64,000 nucleotides of DNA, from contig NC_086097.1 in NCBI RefSeq assembly GCF_963921235.1, positions 107,076,001 through 107,140,000 on the forward strand, in the 5' to 3' direction. A program made the translations under genes and the position numbers. Numbering within the stretch: the stretch's first letter is position 1; each line of letters begins with the position of its first letter. The notes under the pieces were generated by a model that was given only the letters and a program-made list of their open reading frames with translations, had not been told where the DNA came from and ran no database searches. Shown piece by piece: positions 11,235-22,944 of this stretch. Source of the stretch: Mobula hypostoma. Lineage: Eukaryota.

Positions 11235-12870
11235 ACAATCTTTTATAAACCCATTGAATCTCATAGCTACCTGAACTATACCTCTTCCCACCCTGTTACT
11301 TGTAAAATTGCAATCATTTCTCTCAATTCCTCCGTCTCCACTGCATATGCTCTTAAGATAAGGGTTTTCATTCCAGAACAAAGGAGAAAGGGATTTTCCT
11401 TCCTCCACTGTCAATGCTACCCTCAAACTCATCTCTTTCATTTTGCGCCATCTGCCCTCACCCCATCTTCCCACCACCCCACCGGGGAGAGGGTTACTTT
11501 TGTCCTCACCATCACCCCCACTAGCCTCCACATTCAGCACATAATTCTCTGTAACTTCTGCCATCTCTAATGGGATCCCATCACCAAACACATCTTTCCC
11601 TCCTCCCCACCTTCCGCAGGGAAAGCACCCTACACGACTCCCATGTCTACTCATCCCTCCCTACTGATCTCCCTCCTGGCACTCATCTTTGCAAGCAGAA
11701 CAAGTGTTATACTAGACCCTACTCCACCTCCCTTACTACCATTCAGGGCCCTAAACAATCATTCCAGGTGAGGCGACACTTCACCTGAGTCTGCTTGGAT
11801 AACCTATTGTATCCAGTGCTCCTGATGTGGCCTCCTGTATATCGGTGAGACCCGAAGTAGATTGGAAGCACACTTTGCCAAGCACCTATGCTCTGTATGC
11901 CAGAAAAAGCGAGATCTCCCAGTGGCCATAACCATTTTAATTCCACCACGTTCCTATTCCGACATACTTTATACTTTATTGTCGCCAAACAATTGGTACT
12001 AGAACGTACAATCATCACAGCGATATTTGATTCTGCGCTTCACACTCCCTGGATTACAAATATTAAATATTTAAAATATATTAAAATAGTTAAAATTAGT
12101 AAATATTAAAAATTTAAATTATAAATCATAAATAGAAAATAGAAAAATGGGAAGTAAGGTAGTGCAAAAAAAAACGGGAGGCAGGTCCGGATATTTGGAG
12201 GGTATGGCCCAGATCTGAGTCAGGATCCGTTCAGCAGTCTTATCACAGTTGGAAGAAGCTGTTCCCAAATCTGGCCGTACAAGTCTTCAAGCTCCTGCAC
12301 CTTCTCCCAAAGGGAAGAGGGACGAAAAGTGTGTTGGCTAGATGGGTCGTGTCCTTGATTATCCTGGCAGCACTGCTCCAACAGCGATACCAGTCCATGG
12401 CCTCCTCTAATGTTGCAATGAGGCCAACATTAAAGGAACAACACCTTATATTCCGTCTGGGTAGCCTCCAACCCGATGGCATGTACATCGATTCTGAACT
12501 TCCAGTAATGTTCCCCTCCTTCACCATTCCCCTATCTCACCTTAACTCCTTACCTGCCCATCACCTCCCTCTGGTGTTCCTTCCCCCTTCCCTTTCTTCC
12601 ATGGCCTTCTGTCCTCTCCTATCAGATTCCCCCTTCTCAAGCCCGTTATCTCTTTCACCAGCTCATCACTTCACCCCTCCTCCTCCCAATTTCACCCATC
12701 ACCTACTACCTTGCATTTCTTCCTCTCCAGTCCTAATGAAGGGTCTCAGCCCAAAATGTTAACTGTTTACTCTTTTCCATTAATGCTGTCTGGCCTGTTG
12801 AGTTCCTCCAGTATTTTGTGCATGTTGCTTGGATTTCCAGCATCTGTAGATTTTCTCTTGTTTGTGATTG
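11235..12870 (+). mobile_element. Penelope-like element (RT C-terminus, GIY-YIG, 3' repeat), decayed
   Basis: Peptides YKPIESHSYLNYTSSHP, DLPPGTHLCKQNKCY, TTIQGPKQSFQVRRHFT, EQHLIFRLGSLQPDGM. Degenerate hammerhead-type end at ~12730-12765. Confidence 0.85.
11964..12385 (-). mobile_element. Rex1-type LINE 3' fragment nested in the Penelope element
   Basis: Minus peptide ARIIKDTTHLANTLFVPLPFGRRCRSLKTCTARFGNSFF. Reverse complement of ~16460-16800. Confidence 0.8.
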
Positions 12871-14699
12871 GACTTCCTGCATATTTTGTTTTGTTTTGTT
12901 CTCCCCGCTCTCTCCCTCTTGTCCTCATTCATCTTCTCCCTCCTCCAAATATATCAGCTCTAATTAATAAGCATTCCTTTCTTCTCTAAAATAGCATCAG
13001 AAGCAACTGTGGCACCTGGACAAATGTGGCCTCCCCCTTCTTTCCTTTCATCACTACACCTTACCCAGTCTCAAACTTAAAACATTTGTTTTCTCACTTT
13101 TCCAGTTCTGATGAAAGGTTAATGAGTTGAAATGGAAAAACTGATTCTCACTCCCCTGATACTCTCAGATTCTATCATTTTCAGCTTTTATCTTGATTCT
13201 GTTCAGGTCTGTGATCGCAAATGTACCAATAACTTCTGATTTAGACAAGAATGTTCTCACTACCCTAAACCTCAGAGCGAATATACAATGAACATACTCT
13301 CAAAAGATGTGTTCAAATTATAAATCATTTCTTCCAAGCAGTCAAAGAAATAAAGTAGACCTTATGGCAGGGCATAATGCACATAATATGTGAAGGACAG
13401 ATGAAGTTATTCTGTTATACTTTTCAACCTATTCCACCCTTTCAAAAAGCAATCATATTAGATTTAAACTTTCCATACTCAGGTTTCTGATACTATCCTC
13501 AACCTGCTTGCTAACCTATTAATCTCTATTTAGAAATAGACATTTAATTTACTAAGATTTCAACTGTCAGATGTATTTGACTTCATTTCAGCTTCCATTT
13601 TAAAAATACCAAGTTCTTTTTAAAAATGCTGAATGTCAATAAAGACAAGAATTTTCTGCAGCTCCATGTAGTAATTTACTCTCATACTTTGAAAGTATCT
13701 AAAAGTAACTCCAAATAAGAGTTTTGTATTCTAATTTCTTTAAATACTAAACAGCAAGTGCTAATGACCAACACATTTATGGTGCATTAAGATTTTAAGA
13801 TAACAGTGCAGCTGTAAATGGAAGTGTTGCGGGCTATGGATGAGGTCTTGCCCACTGGGTGCTGAGAGACTTATTTTGCATTATAGTTGTAAGGAAAGAG
13901 GTGGAAAGGCTGTTGCCTGAAATTAGCTTCAAGGACTACTCTTGCACACTGTCTACAGCCTTCCCACATGCTATCCAAACATGCTGTGGAGGTTCTCTAT
14001 GTCACCCGGCTGCAGTGGAGGTTCCCAGTGAAAGTCTCCCTACACAAAACTCCTCCCTATTTACATCAGGGACCTGGGATGGAGAATACTGCACAAAGAA
14101 GTCCTATGCTACAGCTTTTAAGTTGATAAGTTGATTCACAAATTCTTGGACCCCTGCTATTTTGTATCTTCCACATATTTATGGAATGTGAGAGATTGCA
14201 GCCCTATTTGTGTAATTCAAAATACTGCTCCTCAAGTTATGATTGCATCTCAGCCCCACAATTCTGATCTTTGTACACATCAAAAAGTGGGGTCAGTATG
14301 AGGACCCCTTTGTGGGTCTGCTCCTGTACCTGGCCAAGGCTGTTATTCACAGCTCCAGGCAGTGGGCCAGTTCCATGCCCTTCTTCTGAGAATACCATCA
14401 TGGTATCTACTGGTAGCCTTCCAGAACCAGTGGTCACTACATCCTGGAGAGCGAGAATTGCATTTAATCTAAACTGGTTGCTTTAAAATTTCTAAGAGTT
14501 CAATGAGAAATGTCCACAATCTAGAACCACTTACCCCTGCACACATATTAGTTTAAATTTATGCTAAAATCCTAAAAACTATTTACTTTAAGCTTGTAAG
14601 GGGATCAGAATTTATAATGTGTTCAAGTTATGAAATGTTGACTTATAAATTCTATGTTTACATGCTTTAGGTTTTCTTATGAATAAGGTACATTTTTAA

Positions 14700-15831
14700 T
14701 GTACATGATCTGTGAACGAGCCATCCAGGTACAAAAAGATATCTACCTATGTTTCATTGACTATACAAAAGCTTTTGACACTGTCAGACAGCAAGATCTT
14801 CTGGAAATGCTTCAAGAGCTTGATATAGATTGGAAAGATAAACGTTTCTTAAAAAACTTATACTGGGACCAGACAGCATCCATCAGAATAGAAGCAGAAG
14901 TGAGTATGTAAATATCATGAGAGGAGTCAGGCAAGGTTGTGTTTTTTCACCAGACTTATTCAACCTGTATAGTAAAAATATCTTGAGAAGTATCAAAGAC
15001 ATCAAAGGATTCACAATTGGAGGCCATAATATAAATAACATCAGATATGCTGATGGCATCGTACTAATAGCTGACTCAGAAACAAAACTTCAAGAACTAC
15101 TCACTATGGTGGCAGCAGAAAGTAATCGCAGAGGCCTCTCAATCAACACCAAGAAGACAGGAAGCATGGTCATCTCCAGAAAGACAAACATCCCACAATG
15201 TGTGATCAAAATCGCAAATACAAACATCAAACAAGTCAACAAATTCAAATATCTTGGCAGCCTAATAACAAGTAACGGCAGGTGCGACACAGATATCAAA
15301 TACAGAATAGCAAAGGCGAAAGAAGCTTTCCAAAACATGAAGACCATATTAACAGACAGAAAGATGAGCGCGTACACTAAAAACAGAATACTGCAGTGCT
15401 ACATTTATTCTATCCTGACTTATGGAAGTGAATGCTGGACCATTTCTCCAGCAATGGAAAAGAGACTAGAAGCAGTTGAATTATGGTTCTACAGGAGAAT
15501 GCTAAAAATATCATGGACCACACACACATCAAATGAAGAAGTTCTCAAAAGAGCCCAAGCAGTTCGATCACTCATACCAACAATAAGAGAAAGAAAACTC
15601 AGATTCCTCGGACACATTATGCGGAAAGATGAACTAGAAAAACTCATACTCTCTGGAAAGATTGAAGGGAGCAAACCTAGAGGAAGACCTCAGCTTATGT
15701 ACATCAAAAGCATAGCCAGGTGGCTATATATCAAGGAAATGGAAGTCATCCAAAAAACAAAGGATAGATCTATATGGAAAACCATGGTCACCAAAGTCCG
15801 CATCAGATATGGTATCGAGTTAGACAGACAG
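14700..15831 (+). mobile_element. 5'-truncated RTE-clade LINE (RT domain and C-terminus)
   Basis: [49 protein letters not shown]-like motifs. (AGAC)3 tail and 10-bp TSD ACATTTTTAA at 14690-14699 / 15832-15841. One stop/frameshift near 14911. Confidence 0.92.
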
Positions 15832-16056
15832 ACATTTTTAAATTTTAAAAAGTTAGATTTTCGGAGATGGTGAGGAGGAGAGGGACGTGGTGCAGGGAGT
15901 GGTCCTGAGTAATAACAAATGATCACTTGTTTCATGAATATGCTGAAAATGGAGAGATAAGGCTCACATGCAGGCAGAGGGAATTAGGTGTCATTAGTTT
16001 GATTAGTTTGGCACAACATAGTGGGCTGAAGGTCCTGTTCCTGTGCTGTCCTCCTT

Positions 16057-16803
16057 CAGCAAGACAAAGGAATTGGTTGTTGACTTCAGAAGTAGTAGCG
16101 GACCGCACGACCCAATCTACATCGGTGGTGCGCAAGTGGAACAGGTCAAAAGCTTTAAGTTCCTCGGGGTCAATATCACAAATGACCTGACTTGGTCCAA
16201 CCAAGCAGAGTTCACTGCCAAGGCCCACCAGCACCTTTACTTCCTGAGAGAACTAAAGAAATTTGGCCTGTCCCCTAAAACCCTCACTAATTTTTATAGA
16301 TGCACCCTAGAAAGCATTCTTCTAGGGTACATCACAACCTGGTATGGAAGTTGTCCTGTCCAAGACCGAAAGAAGCTGCAGAAGATAGTGAACACGGCAC
16401 AGCACATCACACAAACCAATCTTCCATCCTTGGACTCACTTTACACCACAGGCTGTCGGAGCAGTGCTGCCAACACACTTTTCGTCCCTCTTCCCTCCAG
16501 GAGAAGGTTCAGGAGCCTGAAGACTCGTACGGCCAGATTTGGAAACTGCTGAACGGATCCTGAGCCGGATCTGGGCCATATCCTCCAAATATCCGGACCT
16601 GCCTCTCGGTTTTTTTTTTGCACTACCTTACTTCCCATTTTTCTATTTATGACTTATAATTTAAATTTTTAATATTTACTAATTTTAACTATTTTTTAAT
16701 ATTTAATATGTGTAATCCAGGGAGTGTGTTGCGCAGAATCAAATATCGCTGTGATGATTGTACATTCTAGTACCAATTGTTTGGCGACAATAAAGTACAA
16801 AGT
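16057..16803 (+). mobile_element. Rex1/Babar-type LINE 3' fragment
   Basis: KTKELVVDFR, FKFLGVNITNDLTWS, HLYFLRELKKF, FYRCTLESIL; 3' end CAATAAAGTACAAAGT. Confidence 0.85.
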
Positions 16804-17389
16804 CCTGTTGTATGTTCAAATTAGCAATTAGGAAATGGAGATGCAATGGTTACATTAGCTCACCAAGAGACATAGTCAACCTGAAGGCTAAGGGTAAAGT
16901 TAGAGGAATTCCAAATGTTAGATTCTTCAATCTGTGACAAGCCTTCTCAATTACTGACAAAATCTCTCCGATTTCAGCATTCTCCATACACAGCAAAAGA
17001 TCAAGGCATACAAGCCTAGACGTTATACAGCTTCCATGTATTACAATATTATAAGTACAAAGGACATGGAAGGATTGTTACTGACATTGCAGATTTCCCA
17101 CATTTTTCCTTAATGAAAGGTACTTTTATTGCATCATGTAAGGTGTTGTGAGTGTGAACAAAGTCACCAGAGAGACACTGAAGCTAGTGATATAGCAGCC
17201 TTTCTTCAGCACAACAAGCAAACATCATTGTGGAGACACTTAGTAGAGGCTCACAAACCCAAAGGTACATCACATTTTTATACCCTTAAATAACAAGATT
17301 ATCAGAATGATCTGACAACCAGTCTTTTTGATCAATCTTCAGGAGGGTTTATATTCAAATGTGTTTCAAGTTTCAAATATTCGAGTTTG

Positions 17390-17850
17390 CTGCTGATTCT
17401 CAAGTCCGAGAACCGGCGAAAAAAAGGCAATGCGACAGATTTTATTATTGCAAATCAGTGAGTTGTTTTGTTATGTCTCCCCTTTCACTGTGAAAGGGGA
17501 TACCTCTCTTTCCCTTTATTGGGAGGAAGAGAGAGCCTATGGTATGTTGAATTGTTAGGTGAATGGTTAGTTTTTGCTGTACTGTAGATCATGGTTTTGG
17601 GTGCTTTGCTATTACTTGCTTGGTGGGTAGAGAGTGCTGATCTTTTCCTTGCGGAAGTAAGTGGAGGTGGGGGAGGGTCATTGCTTTGCTGCTGTTTGTG
17701 TGTGGAGAGGGAGTGGGGGGGCTTTGGGGTTCTATCATTTTTACTGACATTCACTCTTTGGCGGACAGTTCTGTTTTCAAGGTTGTCTGCGAAGAAGAAT
17801 TTCAGGCTGTATATTGCATATAATTTTCTGATATTAAACAGAACTACTGA
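17390..17850 (+). mobile_element. Non-autonomous retroposon, family unassigned; second copy antisense at 45180-45640
   Basis: Shares TGTCTCCCC..GAGAGAGCCT..GTACTGTAGATCATGG..AAGAATTTCAG with the reverse complement of 45180-45640. Confidence 0.7.
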
Positions 17851-17939
17851 ACAGCTACAAAGACCTTGCCTTAGTTGCACCTCTTTCCAGACTGTATTTT
17901 CCCTCTCCCTCTCCCTTCCTTTCCTCCCCATCCCCATAT

Positions 17940-18711
17940 CATCAGGTCAAGACACCTAAAGGACAAGGGACACTCCTTTGACGATAACAATGTGCATATT
18001 TTGGACAAGGAGGACAAGTGGTTTGAAAGAGGGATTAAAGCAGTATGTAGATGTAAACCTGTCTGCTATACTAGTAAGGGCTTTTGTATAGCATGTTGTG
18101 GTGATGTCTATATCTTGATGGAAGTGTTCTGATAGCTGATATCTATGAGGGGAAGAAATGTAAATGTATCTGGAAATTGAAAGTTTTGTTATGCTGAGCA
18201 AAAAAAAAATTTAAAAGCCATCTTTGTCAAACTAGAAAACCCACCCTGAACAGAGGGAGTGGGGTACGACACCACCGATCAGCTACTTACAATGCAGTCC
18301 TAACATACAATATAGAAATCTACAGCACATTACAAGCTCTTTGACCCACAATGTTGTGCCGACCATTATCAAATGCGTACTGAAATCCATATACAATACA
18401 TCCACTGCTCTACCTTCATCAATTTAACATCTCTAACATCTCTACCCACAACAGTTCATACCTCCATTCATGCAAAGATTAATCACCCTCTCATTACCTC
18501 TACAACTCCTAATGATCTTCATGTGATTGCTATACCTTTAAGCAACTCACTGAGTTTATAAGCCAGAAAACTACCCTCCATGGATCAGAACTGAAGAAGT
18601 CTCTTGGACAAGTGGCGAAACGTCTTCAATACAACACAGCAAGTCCAGTTCCCTTGATTTACTACAGCTTGATATACAATGACCTGGATGACTGAGAACG
18701 TTCACAGACAC
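17940..18711 (+). mobile_element. Penelope-like element (Poseidon/Bridge-type GIY-YIG end) with two internal insertions
   Basis: HLKDKGHSFDDNNVHILDKEDKWFERGIK, then AIFVKLE..SATYNAVL. Typical end GACCTGGATGACTGAGAACGTTCACAGACA. Confidence 0.8.
18588..18627 (+). ncRNA. Minimal type-I hammerhead ribozyme motif of the Penelope element
   Basis: GAA-CTGAAGA (18591-18597), stem II GTCTCTTG/CAAGTGGC, GAAA (18617-18620), C-GTC, TTC. All core nucleotides are present. Confidence 0.7.
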
Positions 18712-21700
18712 TGCTTCTAACAGTTCTTATCTATGTGGGCCCCTACCCATGAGACTTGCTTCACCAAATTCAGGAAGAATTCAGGGTTGTCCAACCCTGA
18801 GTACTCCTTATATACTCGACATTTATGATCTACGTAATCCATGGTAGGTTCATCAGCTCTCTGAACCACTGACATCATGACTCCCCATTTACTCTCACCT
18901 CTCCCTCATCACTGCCTCACTTCGCCCTTAAAGAAGCATTATCTCTCTTCATTACTGGCATTTCCATTAGGTGCCATTTACCATCCCACACTCCCTGGCC
19001 TACACTATCTCACATATTCCTCACGCATTTGGCTTGAACTAATACATGTATATCTTTTGGGTACATCTGGTGAATTACAATCATCCCTTCGAGTTTACGG
19101 CAGAATTCTGAATTCTCACAAGCAGCTTTAAGAGAGGACAGCTCAGACAAAATATGCTGCTTCTTCCTGGGGCTGAAGGGCTCATGAATGTTATGTCAAG
19201 GGCTGACTGGGGTCATCAGGATTCTTGACCTCGGATTGCCTGACCTCGACAGGTGTCATCCCAACAGATGTCATCCCAACAGATATACCGAGGCATGACG
19301 TCTCCCTCAAATACTTCCACACTAATTCCCTAACCAAGCAAAATATAAAGAATGGATAAAAATTAAACAGTACATACTTAAAACCACAGAGTGGTACTCT
19401 GCAATCTTCCACTTACATGCTGCTGACTCATGATGCCCGTTTTACTTTGCATTTAACACTCTTGTTACTGAGGTTTCAAACTTACTCTAGAACACACAAA
19501 CACACTCACAAACAAGTACAGGTATGGCACTGTAAGTTCCCTGAACGAGTATATGCACACCCTCTGCAATCCTGAACAGTCAGTAACCACCTTTCGCAAC
19601 TGGTGGTCATTTCACCAAGCTACATAAAACTGTCTTATAGCTATAAGGCCCTTTACACAAACACATACACACACCCGACTCTTTTATATCTATCAGTTCA
19701 GCTCTCTGTCATGTTCCTTGATACTTCATGATCCTGTGATTATTGTCCTGAATACATATAAGCATGGTTCTACTTTTAAAAATACTCATGCTCTTATACT
19801 GCTGAGATCACTGGTCACAAACCTATCCCAGATGAGCCCCCAAATGTAGTGACTGTGAACAAAGTCACTGGAGAGACACTGAAGCTGGTGATATAGAAGT
19901 CTTTATTTAGCACAACAAGTAGGCATCATTGTAGAGACACTCTCAGTAGAGGCTCACAAACCCAAAGGTACATCACATCTTTATAATCTTTAAGATCAGT
20001 GACAATATCAGGTGATTCAATACAATTTCAACAGTTACAATGACATTGTTTACTTCAATACTTTGGGTTGACAAATGGTTCCCTTGAGACACACAGTGAA
20101 AGCATACTGTAATTGATGAGATACCTCCGAAGGTCCAAATGTCTTTGGGAAAAACTAACACAAATATTCTAAAACATGACGACAGACAGCCGGACACCCA
20201 AAATTAATGCTGTCAGGACTGTACTTGAATACACAAATATGGTAAATACACAAAAAACTTGATAGCCTATACCTGTGACCATGTTGATATGCTAAATAAC
20301 AACATCCATCTGGTCTGCCAGCTTGCACTAAAATCACAATGGTGCAAATAATTTAGCCATGTTGCTGGTTTGATGCAATCCAATTAACACAAAGCCATTG
20401 TTTTAATGTTTGGATCTTGCATATGCAATCTCTTAGTCTATGGAGCAGCTTGTGCTTTTAACTTTAATTTACTGCTTGATAATCTACAAAAAAAATGAAG
20501 ACTAATTGAAAGCTTCCTGAACTTATTGACATTTACAATAAGAACTGTCTGAATTAGTATATGCTTTATTCACATAATTCCAGAATGTTCCCCAACACAG
20601 GGCACTTAAACATTGAGTTATTCCATTTTAGAATTTTAGGTCTATGTGTCTTAATTTTAACATTACTTTATAAAATTATAATATCCCAACTCCTTCATAC
20701 AATTTAAATTTCAACTTACAAATCAACATAAGTCCAAACTTCTTCCCTCCAACCAGATACGTGGTCACACACAAATTTTAATAAACTTTTTTTTTAAAGT
20801 GTCCTTTATCCACGTGATACCTTCCCCATTTTCTGAACAGCTATTTCCATAATTTGGATACAGATGCTTTCACCATTTTTGGCTTTCTTCTGCAACTATC
20901 AAGGTGGTACTAGGGAATGAAGCACTGTATTCTCTGTACACCAGTGAGTATCAAATAAGCTCTTTCAACTAAAGTATGAATTAGTTTATCTTAAAAATTC
21001 CACTAGACAAAACCAATGTCAACCTCAGAACATCAATGACCTGTTGAGATGCTAGTCATTCCCAACATCATGGATTGAATCTCTCAAACTAGTCCATTTA
21101 TTTCTGATTTATGTTCTATCATGTGACCTAATATGAAAAGCTCACTCAACCAATCCACATGACCTACAATAGTATTGGTTACAGTCAAATGCAAAATCAT
21201 TCCAGCATCCACATGGAAATTATATAAATACTGAATATAGAACATGATATGTATGTCAATGCAACTTGCATTAGTGATAACTGACCAAAGCTCTTTCAGC
21301 CATGATTAATTTGACAGTCATTTGTGCAGCTCTTCACTCTGCAAAAACAGTCACGAACTTTACACATCTGCACCCTTATTAAGGAGTTTGTACATAGTCC
21401 CAGTGAACCATGCAGTTTTCCTCTGGACGCTCTCTTTCCTCCCACAGACCACAGAGAGGAGAGACAGAGAAATACATTTAATATGGAAAAGTTTGAGTCA
21501 TAATTAGTATCTGAACAAAGTGTTGACGTTATACACAACTTCACCATATATTGGAATTTAATGCCACAGAGGTTTTGAGACTGGGTATAGTGAATTACAT
21601 AGGCTAATGCCTAGGTTTCTGGCAAAGGTCATAAGTGCCTTCATTTTGCAGCAATTTACTCTATATATTGAAAGCCATGTTGCACATAAGGGAAAATGAA

Positions 21701-22944
21701 GGGGAGCACTTTCCCTTCTGTGCTTCTGTGGAAGGAAACGGATTTTTGTGTTTGAATCTACTAACAGCAATTTCAAATCTGCATTTATCATCAGTCCATA
21801 CCTTGTCTTCCTCCTGTCACCAACCATCACAGCATCAAACTTTAAAAGTAGAAAAAGTGATCACAAAATAAGTATAAGAAAAACATACATGAATGAAATA
21901 CCCTATTTCAAAAAACAGATAACCAATAATCCTTGCATATTTCTTTACTGCCTGATAACCTCCTGCTTTTATCTTCTCTTGCAATTGCCACCCAGTAAAT
22001 TTATTATGGTTGGTAGAAAACTGCTGACTTTTAGTGAGGCTGATCTTGCACAACTCTGGATCTAAAGAGCCTCACTGCATGGCAGAACGCCAGTGAAAAA
22101 TAAATGTACTTGTTTATGCAGGGGTGGGAGAATTTTTTTTTTTATTTCCTCAGGAAGTGCAGCAGGTTAGTACCCTATATACCAAAACAATATTTCATAA
22201 TTCTTGACAACCTGTTGGATTTCTGAACTGCTACAAGTCCCTACACAGCACACTGCAAACTAAAGCAGAGCCATGAGACCACCATTCCACACTTGCATGA
22301 CAGTGGTCTGTTTCTACTTCGACATTTGAGATACGAATGCTGTATCATGTTGAGTTAACTGTAGGAAATGGAATTGATCACCACTTTCATATTAGATCCA
22401 AGCAAAATCCTTTGTCAATTTGCTCCCAGAATTTTCCATGCTGCTTGACAATACATCATTTTAGTGGGCTTCCCAATTTACCAAAAATATCATTAGTTAT
22501 GTCCATCAGACTTTCTCTGTATGTTGCACACAAAACCCTTATCATGATCTCTGGCAAGTAGTTACTTGCACTATTTATCCCTAACTTGCTAGAAACACAC
22601 CAGTGTTATACTTGGACCAGATACCACACTATGCTCTCTAACAATTATGTGAACTAACAATATCTGAACTAGTGGTTGCGAATATGAATCCACTTTCATA
22701 TCAGATCATCTTTTCCTCCTGCACTGCTTATTCAGACCGCAATTCCCTGTCAACTAAAAGAAAACTGAACAGTAGGAAAGGAATAGGGGTGTGTGAAGTG
22801 GGTGGGGGGGGGGGCTGAGAAGGAAGAAATCCCATCCATTCATGTAACAAAACCCTTATAAAAATCAAAAATATGAACGATTACATATGACCCAGAAGAC
22901 AAGTTACACATATATGACCTTCAATTGTTTCTGTCTTGTTTTAA

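Larger units (their letters stand above)
17144..20488 (-). mobile_element. Decayed ERV-like provirus: 5' LTR 19845-20488, tRNA-Pro PBS 19825-19842, gag remnant ~18720-19200, partial 3' LTR 17144-17290
   Basis: LTR runs TGTAG..CTACA with minus-strand TATAAA (19980-19985) and AATAAA (19902-19907), and is repeated at 17144-17290. PBS TGGGGGCTCATCTGGGAT matches tRNA-Pro TGGGGGCTCGTCCGGGAT at 16/18. Capsid MHR-like peptide KWGVMMSVVQRADEPTMDYVDHKCRVYKEYSGL. Confidence 0.75.

Noticed and set aside
14330..14442. Minus-strand acceptor TCTCCAG and weak donor as ZFPM exon 2
   Set aside because: The phase-1 frame hits TAA and the phase-0 peptide does not resemble FOG.
20273..20327. Small minus-strand AG..GT exon-like segment
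   Set aside because: It lies inside the ERV-like LTR and has no recognisable peptide.
21803..21840. Exon-like minus-strand segment (AG..FDAVMVGDRRKT..GTATGG) as ZFPM exon 2
   Set aside because: Joined in phase 1 it reads CTT TGA, an immediate stop, and it has no FOG similarity.
22790..22815. G-rich run as a functional G-quadruplex
   Set aside because: A simple homopolymer tract with no supporting context.
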